NCBI GenBank assembly: GCA_000004695.1
Contig: CM000150.2
Span: 384,001 to 448,000 of the forward strand
DNA length: 64,000 bases
Direction of reading: 5' to 3'
From: Dictyostelium discoideum
Taxonomy: Eukaryota
The translations under genes and the position numbers were made by a program. Shown one piece after another: positions 53,355 through 64,000 of the stretch (positions within the stretch are counted from its first letter, which is position 1; the number at the start of each line of letters is the position of its first letter). Under the pieces are notes generated by a model, which worked only from the letters and a program-made list of their open reading frames with translations, was not told where the DNA came from and searched no databases.

Positions 53355-53473
53355 TTTTTTTTTTTTTTTTTTAATTTTTTATTTATTTATTATTATTTAT
53401 TATTATTGTTTATTGTTTATTGTTTATTGTTTATTATTTTTTATTAAAAAAATATAAAAAAATTTTATTTATA

Positions 53474-53516
<43 letters not shown>

Positions 53517-53865
53517 GAATGAAAATATAAAACAAATAATATTAAAATTATATTAAATAAAAAATTATCAATTTTTATATAAATCATCATTTTCAAAAAT
53601 TATTTTTATAAAAAAAATTTAAACAAATAAAAAAATAAATAAATAAAAAATCTAAAAGATATATAAAATTGTGATTGGAATAGGGAAAATAAAATGAAAA
53701 TGAAAAAAATAAAAAAAAAAAAAAAATTGTTTAGATAGAGAAAAAAAAAAAAAAAAAATGAATAAAAAGAGAAAGAGGAGGTCATTGCAAATTATTGTGA
53801 TAATTTTACAATTTATGAAAATTCAAAAATATTTCTTCAATTTTCATTTTTTAATTTTGGTAATA

Positions 53866-53890
53866 TGTGTGTGTGTGTGTGTATGTGGTG
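53866..53890. repeat. (GT)n dinucleotide microsatellite.
   Basis: GTGTGTGTGTGTGTATGTGGTGTGGG. Confidence 0.85.
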
Positions 53891-53953
53891 TGGGATTTTC
53901 ATAATTTATTTTTTTTATATCTTTTTTTTATTTTTTTCTTTTCTTTTTTCTTT

Positions 53954-53992
<39 letters not shown>

Positions 53993-54236
53993 CCCCCATT
54001 GATTTTTAACCCATACATATAAATAAATAAATAAAATCTCATTTTTAAAAAATGAAGAATAATAAAAAAATAAAAAATAAAAATTATTTTTAAAAATAGT
54101 ATAAAAGAAATAATATATTTTTGATTGGTTTTACATTATTATTATCGGGGTTCTTTTGTTTTTTTTTTTTTATTATTATTTTTTTTTTTTATTATTATTC
54201 TTATTTATATTTATATTTATATTGTTTTTTATATAT

Positions 54237-54607
54237 TTATTGTTCTGTAGTAAGTCTAAAAAATAAAGAATTAATTTGATCTATCCTTTTGAAATCATTT
54301 TCTTTATCTGTTTGAAATTTAAGGTTCACTGTATCATTGGTAACTTTTAAAACAACTTTTCCTTCTACATGTCTAAATTTAAATGAAAATCTGGTCTATA
54401 TGTAATTAAATATAATATAAAATAATTTTATAGGTTTGTTTATAAAATTAATAAACCAAAGTTTAACCAATACAATATATTTAAGTAAATTATATTTATT
54501 TATAATTATATATTATTTTAATATAATTAAATAAATACCCTTTTTGGATCAGTTCTATATAATTGCTCTGATTTATCATAAAATTCATCCCAATCTTCAA
54601 TATACAT
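54237..54607 (-). CDS. srp9: Signal recognition particle 9-kDa subunit (SRP9). Two exons: complement(join(54237..54395, 54539..54607)), 75 aa. It is not in the ORF track.
   Basis: The minus strand reads ATGTATATTGAAGATTGGGATGAATTTTATGATAAATCAGAGCAATTATATAGAACTGATCCAAAAAGG|GTATTT. A 143-bp intron ends ...CATATAG|. Exon 2 encodes TRFSFKFRHVEGKVVLKVTNDTVNLKFQTDKENDFKRIDQINSLFFRLTTEQ*. This aligns along its whole length with metazoan SRP9 (WEEF...LY..DP...R...KYRH..G.L..KVTDD.V.L.YKTD...D.KKIEK). Confidence 0.75.
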
Positions 54608-54777
54608 TTTATTTACAAATTATATATTTATTTTTATAAATATTTAAGTTGAAATTTTGTGAAAAACAATAAAAATAAAATAAAATAAAAAAAAAAATAA
54701 AATTGAAAAAAAAAAAAATAAAAAAAAAAAAAAGTGAAAAAAAAAAAAAAGGTTAGGATAAGGGAGTTTGTCTTTTT

Positions 54778-54808
<31 letters not shown>

Positions 54809-54943
54809 TTCTATTTTCCCTTTAAATATTTTATTATAAATTGAACTATTTTTTTTTTTTTAATCATTCAAAATAATTACAATAATAAATTTTACCATTA
54901 AAATTTTATTTCCATAAAAACTAATAAAAATATTGTAATAATA

Positions 54944-55027
54944 AATAAAATAAAATAAAATAAAATAGAATAAAATAAAATAAAATAAAATAAAATAAAA
55001 TAAAATAAAATAAAATAAAATAAAATA
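54944..55027. repeat. (TAAAA)n minisatellite, about 16 units.
   Basis: TAAAATAAAATAAAA..., with one TAGAA variant. It explains the 'FILFY' ORF 54860..55075. Confidence 0.9.
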
Positions 55028-55136
55028 ACCTTTTTGTATTTTTAATAATAAAAAAAAAAAAAAAACCATAAACATGTATTAAAAAAAAAAAAAAAAAAAA
55101 ATAATAATAATTAAATAATATTTTTTAAAAAATAAA

Positions 55137-55430
55137 ATGAAATTAAATAATATTTTATTATTTTTATCATTTGTATTAATTACTATTAATCAAATTTCAA
55201 TAACTCAAGCTGTCCAATGTGTTGATTATAATAATCCAAATTATTATAGATTTATTAATCCATTAATGAATAATAGAGCATACTGTTATATTAAACCAAC
55301 GAATGCTTCTGAAATTAGTGATGCAATTTTATATGCACAAAGTATTAATAGAGGTGTAAGTTTTTATTTTTTTTTTTTTTATAAAATCTTTTTATTATTT
55401 TTTTAAAATTTAAATTCAATTAATTAATTA

Positions 55431-55478
<48 letters not shown>

Positions 55479-56790
55479 ATTAATTTAATTTTAGGTATCA
55501 ATTAGATCAGGTGGTCATTCAGCAACACAATTTTCAATGTTAAATAAAACTGTTAATATTGATTTAAGTTCATTAAAAGGTATTGAAATTGATGTTGAAG
55601 CTCAAACTGTTGTTGTACAAGCTGGTGTACAAGTTATTGAATTATATAATGCCACAACTAAATTATTATTGGCAACAACTGCTGGTAGTTGTCCAACTGT
55701 TGGTATGGGTGTTGTATTAGGTGGTGGATCAAATTACTTTGGTGGTAAATATGGTTATATGGCTGATAACATATTAGAATTCACCGTTGTACTTGAAGAT
55801 GGTTCAATTGTTAAAGCCAATCCAAAGAATAAATATAGTGATCTCTATTGGGCATTGGCTGGTTCTGGTGGTGGTGGTTTTGGTGTTGTTGTAGATTACA
55901 AAATTAAAGTTTACCCAATTCCGCAATATTTTTACAAGAATACCATTCGTTTCGATATTGTCAATTTAGATAAAGCTCTCGCCTTATTGGATTCTTATGT
56001 ACGTTCTGCCACTGAACAAACTCGTGAAAATATCTATGTCAATATGTACTCTCAATTAACTTTGAAATCCGCAAATATGACTCCATCCGCTAGTATTACA
56101 TTCTTTTACAATGGTCCACTTGAAGAGGGTGATTTCGAATTCAGAAAATTGTTAGCCGATTTCCTTTGTCCACCATCAAATCCAACCTGTACACCATTGG
56201 GTAGAGTCACCACCATGGATATCCAAACTTTAAAGAAAACATTCTGGGAAGTCATTAGCTCAATGAGTTATGATAATAATCCATTAAGACAATTCACCAA
56301 AGGTAGATTCGTTAAGAAATTATCTAAAAACGATGTACCAAATGCTATCAACGATTTCTATAAATATGCCGTCACCAATATCATCAATTCAACCTCTTTA
56401 ATTAAACCAGAAACATTGTTAAATATTAATCAAGCTATTTTCTATCATGGTGGTAAACAAAATCAAGATAGAACTGGTTCAATCGATTCTCCATTCAATT
56501 CTTTCCTTCACAGAGGTGATGAAGCTATGTGGTCATACACTATTGTCGCTCAATATAATAACACTGAAAATGATCCATTATTCTCTGGTCTTAGAAAACT
56601 TGTAAACTCTAAACTCTCTTCAATTGGTGATAAATTAAATAATAACTATCCAGATGATGAATTTGAAGATTGGCAAACCGGACTCTATGTCACCAAATCA
56701 AATTATAAAAAACTTCAAGAAATTAAAGGAAAATATGATCCAAATAATTATTTTAATTATCCACAATCAATTGAATTACCAAAGAAATAA
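55137..56790 (+). CDS. Secreted FAD-linked oxidase, berberine-bridge-enzyme-like (BBE-like, VAO/PCMH family). Two exons: join(55137..55355, 55495..56790). About 504 aa.
   Basis: Signal peptide MKLNNILLFLSFVLITINQISITQA. Exon 1 ends ...AQSINRG|GTAAGT. A 139-bp intron has a poly-T tract and ends TTTTAG|. Exon 2 starts VSIRSGGHSATQFSM (the FAD-binding RSGGH motif), with ...GGGGFGVV and the C-terminal BBE signature KYDPNNYFNYPQSI. The ORF-track ORF 55137..55406 reads into the intron. Confidence 0.78.
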
Positions 56791-57499
56791 ATAAATTTAA
56801 TAATTAAATTAAACAATTAAAATAATACTTTTATTAAATAATAATTAATTTTTTTTTTTTTCTAAACACTTTTTCCATTTTTTTTTTTTTATATTTTTTT
56901 TATATTTTTTTTTATTTTATTTTAATTTTTTTCTAAAGATAAAATTTTAACATTTTAAATAAGAGTTGAATCAAAACAGCAAGAAGAGGTGTATTCAGAG
57001 GTCAATTTTGGTTTTATATATACATGTTTAAACTTTATTTTATTGTTTTAAAGTTGTGGTGTTGAGTATTGTACTATTTGTATTTTGTATGAGAAGAAAG
57101 TCTATGTTTTTTGATGAGTGCACGAGTTAATTTTGTTAAATCTTTTAATTTTTTACATAGTTCTGCTGTTTTTAAATTTGCTAGTTTATCTTTATCATTG
57201 CCACTCTCTAAATTTTGTATATTTTTCATTCCAATAAATGTATTATGTATAATACTATCTTGACCAATTTTAATAAACAAAGAACAGAAATATTTTGAAT
57301 GAAAAAAAAATAAAAAAAAATAAAAAAAAGGTGGAGTTACAACTTTTACCCAAAATAAATAAAAAAATAAAAAAGAAAAAAGATCAGATTTTTCTAGTGA
57401 TCATTTTTTTTTTTTTTTTGGAAAAATAAATAAATAAAAAAAATAATAAAAATAAAACAAAATTAGAAAATTTTATAAAAAAACAGTTATTTGTTTTTA

Positions 57500-58740
57500 A
57501 AACACAAACAAATATTTTTTATTTTTTTATTTTTTTAAAAAATAATGTCGTTAAATTATTAATAAAAAAAAAAAAAAAAAGATTCCTGCACAACACATCA
57601 TATGAAAATAAAAGCGAATCCACCAATTCTCCTTGAAATTTTGAAGGGTAATAATGATCAAATGCTCCATCAAATACTCTATAAATTTTGATCAAAATTA
57701 CCACCAACTGCAGGTGAACATTTACAACTTAAAATATCATTAGTATCACAAAGTGTATCTTTGACAAAGTGTAAAAATATCTTTTAAATCATTTGAGTTA
57801 AAAGGTGGTGGCAATTATCAGAATCTCCCTCTGTGATATCAATTGGATTGAAAGTACTATTGTCTTTGAGAGATTTTCTCTTCAATGGTACCAACTGTTG
57901 TAAAGGTAAGATAAATTGTTGATACAACAATTTTTAGTTGACCTTCTGTCCAAACACAAGAGACACATAGATTGAACATCATGTGCTGGATTTCAATCTA
58001 CATCGAATAAAACCAAATGATTACCACCACCACCACCACCAATAAGATTCGTCAAACCAACACCTCACCTGCTTTTGATATAAGAAGAAATACAAACTCT
58101 GGTTAAGAGTTGGATCATTATAAATTTTAACAAATTGTTGACGTTTAGCATACTTGGTGTTGAACCATCCAATTGAAAGTATTCATAACCACGAGTTTTA
58201 TATACTTGAGTAAATAATTTGAAATGACAATTACAGTTTAGTCACCAGACTTTGAGTTTTCCAATATTTGCAAGTACAAATGATAACTTACTGGAATATT
58301 GTGGTTGCGATTGGTGAAAGTACAAAAACAGGTAGAACCAATATAATTTTATTTATACCATCACCCTTTCTTTAAAGTTCTTGACCCGAATTAACAAACC
58401 TACATGGTGCAACGATTACAACTTTTTCTTTGCAGTTGTGATTCACCTTTTGTACTTTTGAGAGTGTTGAGAGATTTGATTTCTTTCAATCTTTGTTAGG
58501 AGCTAATGTTATATAATGAGTGGAAGGGTATACAACTCCAACTCCATATGGTGTGTGGTTTTACTGATACCTTATAGTTTACTACCACTACTATTGGTTG
58601 GGGGTGGATTCTTGAAAATCTCGGGAATAATTTCAATTTACTCTAACCATTTTGATGAGAAGTGGATTAACATTATATGATGTAGTTGTTTGAATAAATT
58701 ATTGAACTTGGTTGGTTCTTCAATATATCTTGTTATATGA
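57500..58740 (-). pseudogene. Heavily decayed relic of an SNF2-family ATPase helicase C-terminal domain. It has no ORF longer than 70 codons, with motifs scattered over three frames.
   Basis: The region has coding-like composition (no homopolymers) but no intact ORF. Minus-strand frames contain RGYEYFQLDGSTPS (SNF2 helicase-C 'Y.RLDGST' motif), AKRQQFVKIYNDPT ('R...I..FN') and EFVFLLISKAGEVLV (compare FVFLLSTRAGGLGLNL), each in a different frame. ORFs 57519..57707 and 57074..57280 lie at its 3' side. Confidence 0.45.
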
Positions 58741-58778
58741 CTCATTTTTAATTTATTTTAAAAATTATTATTTATTAT

Positions 58779-58814
<36 letters not shown>

Positions 58815-59098
58815 CAACAGTTTATATTTAAGTTTGTTATACAAAAAATTAAAAAAATAAAAAAATAAAAGATTATTTTATTATTTATTTTTTGGAATGG
58901 AAAAGAAATTAAAAAAAAAAACCCCCTTTTTTTTTCCAAAAGTGGAAAAAGGTTGAACAACACTAAAAATAAAAACCAAAAATAAAATAACAAAAAAAAT
59001 AAAAATAAAACGAATATAGAGTTTAATTTACTAAATTTATCTAATTCTAAATTCTAAATTTTTATCAAACCAGTACAACTCAATTTCAATAAAATTGT

Positions 59099-59134
<36 letters not shown>

Positions 59135-59333
59135 TATAACATATCTTAACTCCCATATACTGTTTCCGTATCTTGTTGACAATTTAATTGAATCTCTTAA
59201 AAAATGAAAAATAAAAAAATAAAAATAAAATTAAAAATAAAAAAAAAAAATAAAAAAAATATCTTGTTGGATTTTTTCAACTGACAAAAAAATAATTTTC
59301 GTTTGCTCTTTCAAAATTCTTTTTTTTTTTTTA

Positions 59334-59374
<41 letters not shown>

Positions 59375-59513
59375 TTTTGTTCAACAATCGTAAAAAAAAT
59401 TTAATTGTATCTTTTTATTCATTTTATCCATTAAAAATAAAAAAATAAAAAAAAAAATAAATTCACTTTTATTTTTTTATTTTTTTTATTTTTAAAAAAA
59501 AAGAAAAAGAAAA

Positions 59514-59865
59514 ATGTCAACAACATCAATGATATTAACTAAAAAAAATATAATAATATTATCAATTATAATTATAACAATAATTGCATATCAATTTTAT
59601 ATAACATCACCACAATCATTCCCATCATCAAATACAATCACAAATACAATAAATACATCTGGTAAAGGATTAGATTATACAGAATTATTAAATTTACAAA
59701 AAGATTTAAAAGCGCAACAAACTGAAATTAGAAAACAATTAGAACAATTAAAATATTCAATTAATGATATAAATCAAAATCAAAATGAAAATCAAAATCA
59801 AATTAACAATGAATATAATAATAATAAATTAAATGATGAACAAGAAAATAATAATAATAATAATT

Positions 59866-59896
<31 letters not shown>

Positions 59897-60929
59897 ATTA
59901 ATAAATTATAAAGAAAGAATTAAAAAGAAATCAAAAGAACAACCAAATACATGTATACCAGTTGAAGGTAAATTATTATGTTTACCAAATTTTATAGTTA
60001 TTGGTACAATGAAGAGTGGTACAACATTTTTAGATTATTATTTACAAAAGCATCCACAAATCGCTCATCATAGTAAGAAAGAGATTTGGTATTTCAATAG
60101 TTATTATGCAAATGGTATTGAATGGTATGCAAAACATTTTGAACAATATACAAGTTTAGAGAATCAGAAATTAATTGGTGAAGCAACACCATTCTATATT
60201 AATAATCCAAATACTGCACCACGTTTATTTACAACCCTAAAGAATGCCAAATTGATTCTACTATTGAGAGACCCAGTGGAACGTTCCTTATCACAATACC
60301 ATTTCTCAATTCAATGGTTAAAAAGAAACAAGTCACCACCATTGGAATACTCTTTTGAGCATTTAATCCATGAAGAAGCTGACGTAATTGAAACTTGTAT
60401 ACGTGGTCATGAGAGATATAAAGAAGCATTTAAACAAAGAAAAGAAATTGAAAAGAATGGCGGTGGTGGTTTACTAAATGATAATACTAGTGGTGAAGAA
60501 TTCAATTTGGTTGATCCTTTTTACACTTTACATTCTGAAAAGAATTGGACATTCTATAAAGATTGTATTAGATGTGATAAATGTTTCCAAATTGGTTCAA
60601 TTCTTCATACAAGTGGTCATCCAACTTTTGGTATGTTAGCAAAATCACTCTATTTTGAGCAATTGGATTATTGGTTAAACTTTTTCCCATTGGAACAAAT
60701 TCATATCATTAGATATGAAGATATCTCTTCACAACCTGAATCAGTTTTAAGTGAATTAGAAGATTTCTTAGATATTAATCATATTGATTATGGTGAATTT
60801 AAACCAAGAAATGTTGTACAACATGATCCAATGAATCAAGAAATTAAATCATATTTAATTAATTATTTTAAACAAAGTAATGAAAAACTTTATAATTTAT
60901 TAAATAGAGATTTTAAATGGCAAAATTAA
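59514..60929 (+). CDS. Type II membrane carbohydrate sulfotransferase (sulfotransferase domain), 471 aa.
   Basis: The N-terminal anchor is MSTTSMILTKKNIIILSIIIITIIAY. The 5'-PSB motif FIVIGTMKSGTTFL and the 3'-PB motif LLLRDPVERSLSQYHF identify the sulfotransferase domain. A poly-N/Q spacer is present. Confidence 0.7.
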
Positions 60930-61091
60930 AAAAATTAAAAAAAAAAAAATTAAATAAAAAAAAAAAAAAAATTAAAATTTATAATTAATACATTTTTTAA
61001 AGGTAGAATTTAAATTTCTATTTTTAATACATTTTTTTTATTTTTTTTTATTTATATTAATAATACATTTTTATTTTTTTTTTTTTTATTT

Positions 61092-61260
61092 TTATTTAAA
61101 TTTTTTTAAATTTAAAATTAAATTATTTGAAATTGATTTTAAAATTGTTAAATTTAAATTTTTGTTAAAATTATTTAAATTATTTGAAAATGTTGAAAAT
61201 CTTTGAAATAAAATATTATTTAAATTTTTATTTTTAATAATATTTAAATTATTTAAAAAA

Positions 61261-61291
<31 letters not shown>

Positions 61292-62321
61292 TATTATTAT
61301 TATTATTATTAAAATTTATATCTTTAATTGATTCTTTAAAAACTCTTTTTGTATATTCATCATTATTTGTTAATTCATTTTTTTTTAAAATTTTTTGATT
61401 TAAAAATTCTGGTCTACTATTATTTGATTTTAAATTATAATTAAAAAAATTTTGAGTAACTTTATTAAATTGTAAAACATCTTCCAATTGTAAAGAGTGA
61501 CCTGAATTTTCACAAATATAAATTAAATTTGGTTGAATAATATCATAGGTTTTAATAACTCTTTTACAATCAATGAATTTATCATGTGTACCGAAAAACA
61601 TTACAATTGGAAATGGTCTATTTAAAACTTTTTCTTTAATTTTATTATAAGGTTTAATTTTATATTTTATCATTGCAAACATTGTTGAAATTATTATTGA
61701 GGGGGAGATTGTTTTTCTCTCATTATACATTTTCGAGAGTAATGGTAGTATGAATTCCCTGTTATTTCCATACTGTTTAATTCTAGATGGTGAATTTAAA
61801 AATGATTGGGAATATAATAAATCAATTAAATAATTTGATGGGTCGACTTTATTCTTTTTTGCAATGTAGTCTATGAGGTATAATTGTTGAGCACCTTTTT
61901 GAAATAGGAATCCGTAGTTTATATTGGGTGGGAATGATACTAAATTGAGGGTTTTTATAATTGATGGTGCCATTAGGGATAGCTCATATGCGATACTTGA
62001 TCCCATGGATACACCAACTATATTAACTTTTTCCCATTTTAAATGCTCAATTAATTCATTGGCATCTGATGCAAAATCATTTATACTACTTACACCATTA
62101 AATTCAGATTCACCAACACCAACATGATCATAAATACAAATTGAATATTTATTTGGATTATTTTCTAAAAAATATTTTATTGTTGATAACCAATATTTAC
62201 CACCTAATAATAATCCCATTATAAATAAACATTTCTCTTCACCATCTCCAAAAACTTTATAATTCATTTTAAATGGTTGATTTCTATTTTTAACATTTAT
62301 AAAAATATTTGAATTTTCCAT
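61092..62321 (-). CDS. Alpha/beta-hydrolase fold protein, 409 aa, with an Asn-rich C-terminal extension.
   Basis: The nucleophile elbow is NIVGVSMGSSIA (GxSxG). A catalytic His context ENSGHSLQLE lies near the end of the fold. The start is HGVGESEF... Confidence 0.65.
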
Positions 62322-62397
62322 TATTAAAATTTTTTTAATTATTGTTATTTTATTATTAATATTTAATTAAAAATCTTTGATTAAATTTTTTTTTTTT

Positions 62398-62441
<44 letters not shown>

Positions 62442-63318
62442 TTTAAAAAAATAAAATAAAAAAAAAAAAAAAAAAAAAAAAAGTCAAAGATTTAATAATT
62501 TAATTAAAATTTTTTTTTTTTTTTTTTTTTTTATTTTTGTAAACCATGTTATATTAATACCTAGTAAAATTTATAAAAAAAAAAAAAAAAACACTACCCC
62601 ATTTTTTATGTTTTTTATCTGTTGATTAACCTTATTTATTTATTTTTTTAATGATTTTATTAGGGGGGTAAGGGTATATGTTTTGATTTAATTTTAAAAT
62701 AATAATTTTTTTTTTTTTTTATTAAAAATATAAAAAAAAACCACACTCATTTTAATTCCAAGTTTAAAAATAATTTTCAAAAAATGGAAATTGTTAAAAG
62801 ATAGATTTTTTAAAAATCATAATTTCAATATATAATTTTTTTAATCTTTTATTTTTACTACTATTTATTTTATTGTATTAATGTAGGGTTAATTAAACAT
62901 TTTATACAATAAATTTTTTTTTATTTTTTTACCCTTTTTTTTTTTTTTTTTTTTTTTTTTATTTTAATTTTTTTTCTTAAATAAATTATTAGAAAATTGT
63001 TTTTTTTTTTTTATTTTTTTATTTTTTTATTTTTGATATTTAAATTTACATTATTATTAGATTATTTTTTTTTTAATTATTATTATTTTTATTTTAGTAA
63101 TTTTATTTAATTTTATTTTTTTAAAAACAAAATTTAAATGATAAAGAAGCATTTAAAAATCAAATTTTTTTTTTTTATTTAAATTATTTTAATGATTAAT
63201 TTAAAATTATCAATTTAAATTAATAATAATTAAATATTTTATTTTATTTAAAATAAAACAATGAAAATATATTTTTGGAAATTAAAATTTTTTTTTTATT
63301 TTTTTTTATTTTTTTTAT

Positions 63319-63880
63319 TTATTCATGAGTTTGAACTGAATGATAACCATCATGATGGTGAAGATGATGATGATGATGACCATTACAACAAAGTAAAGCT
63401 AAATAACTCAAGATTAAAAATGCAGTACCTAGACAAGTGCAAACCATATTAGAAATATTAATTAAAAATAATATTGAGTGAACATTATTTAAATTTGTAA
63501 TATCGGATAAAATTGTAGCAAAAGCAACCAACACTTGAAATTAAAACTAATAACATTGAAAGTTTTGAATGACGGAATAATTTTTCACTTAATTCACTTT
63601 CATGATGTTTATGATAAATTGCGAAAGCAATTTGAGCAACAAAGTAAATTATTGGGAGTACACCTATAACTATTAATAAAAATACAACAAAATGTGATGT
63701 ATTTGTTAAAGCTGATACATTATTATTACCGGTAACATTACCACAATTTCCATTTAATTTAATAAATGAATAAGAGCAACTTTCAATTAAAACTGAATCT
63801 GTATTATTAATTGTATCTTGTCTAAAAATGGAAACATGATAAATAATAATGATGTGTTGTATCTGAAACATTATAATCAT
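63319..63880 (-). CDS. Small His-rich multi-pass membrane protein, a possible metal transporter fragment. It spans two overlapping frames (63485..63880, then 63319..63534). Either an unresolved intron or a frameshift separates them.
   Basis: The first frame has the hydrophobic segments FVVFLLIVIGVLPIIYFVAQIAFAIY and SMLLVLISSVGCFCYNF. The second frame gives LVAFATILSDITNLNNVHSILFLINISNMVCTCLGTAFLILSYLALLCCNGHHHHHLHHHDG. Confidence 0.3.
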
Positions 63881-64000
63881 TAATTAAATAATGTCCAAAT
63901 GATTTATCAGCAGTTACTAAATTTATTATAAAAAAAATTTGAAATGTTAAATAATTTTTTTTTTTATATTTTTATATATTTTTTTTTTTTTAAAAAATTA

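Noticed and set aside
60229-62127. ORF 60229..60429 (minus) and ORF 61924..62127 (plus).
   Set aside because: They are antisense to the sulfotransferase and alpha/beta-hydrolase genes respectively, and have no motifs.

Overview
The window is a 64-kb stretch of eukaryotic nuclear DNA, not prokaryotic. It is about 75-80% A+T, with long poly(A)/poly(T) and T(n)A(n) intergenic tracts and triplet microsatellites that encode poly-Asn/Gln inside genes. Introns are short (70-190 bp) and run GTAAGT/GTATGT...(T)nAG. All of this is typical of a Dictyostelium-type social amoeba genome, and several products match known Dictyostelium proteins (argE acetylornithine deacetylase, ancA ADP/ATP carrier). I could not run any search, so every family assignment rests on motif recognition by eye. 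Coordinates taken from the ORF track are reliable; splice coordinates I derived by hand may be off by 1-2 nt. The ORF track also treats TTG/GTG as starts, so some listed 'M' residues are not ATG.

Gene content is dense, about 30 genes on both strands. Housekeeping and metabolic genes:
- prefoldin subunit 2
- a mitochondrial-type seryl-tRNA synthetase
- FCF1/UTP24
- SRP9 (a 2-exon gene the ORF track misses)
- argE
- ancA
- two tandem 3-hydroxyisobutyryl-CoA-hydrolase paralogs
- an atypical short-chain dehydrogenase (SDR)
- a berberine-bridge-enzyme-like (BBE-like) FAD oxidase
- a Golgi-type sulfotransferase
- an alpha/beta hydrolase

Other protein-coding genes:
- an Hrq1/YprA-like DExH helicase whose C-terminal zinc module (Cys-rich, DUF1998-like) is only joined on after removing a 99-bp intron
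- a giant Asn/Asp-rich low-complexity protein
- a 1,807-aa 7TM receptor-like protein with a huge Cys-rich ectodomain
- several secreted Cys-rich or GPI-type surface proteins, including two paralogs with a mannose-6-phosphate-receptor-homology (MRH) domain
- a DNase II homolog carrying a long C-terminal extension
- a bacterial-type amine-oxidase-like oxidoreductase, truncated by the window edge

I also see three decayed loci: a multi-frameshift hypothetical gene, a frameshifted secreted-protein gene, and a relic of an SNF2-family ATPase. No CRISPR array, rRNA gene or convincing tRNA is present, and there is no prokaryotic-style defence or operon system. The most notable items are the MRH-lectin paralog pair inside a neighbourhood of secreted-protein genes, the extended DNase II, the tandem hydrolase paralogs, the partial duplication of ancA, and the pseudogene relics.
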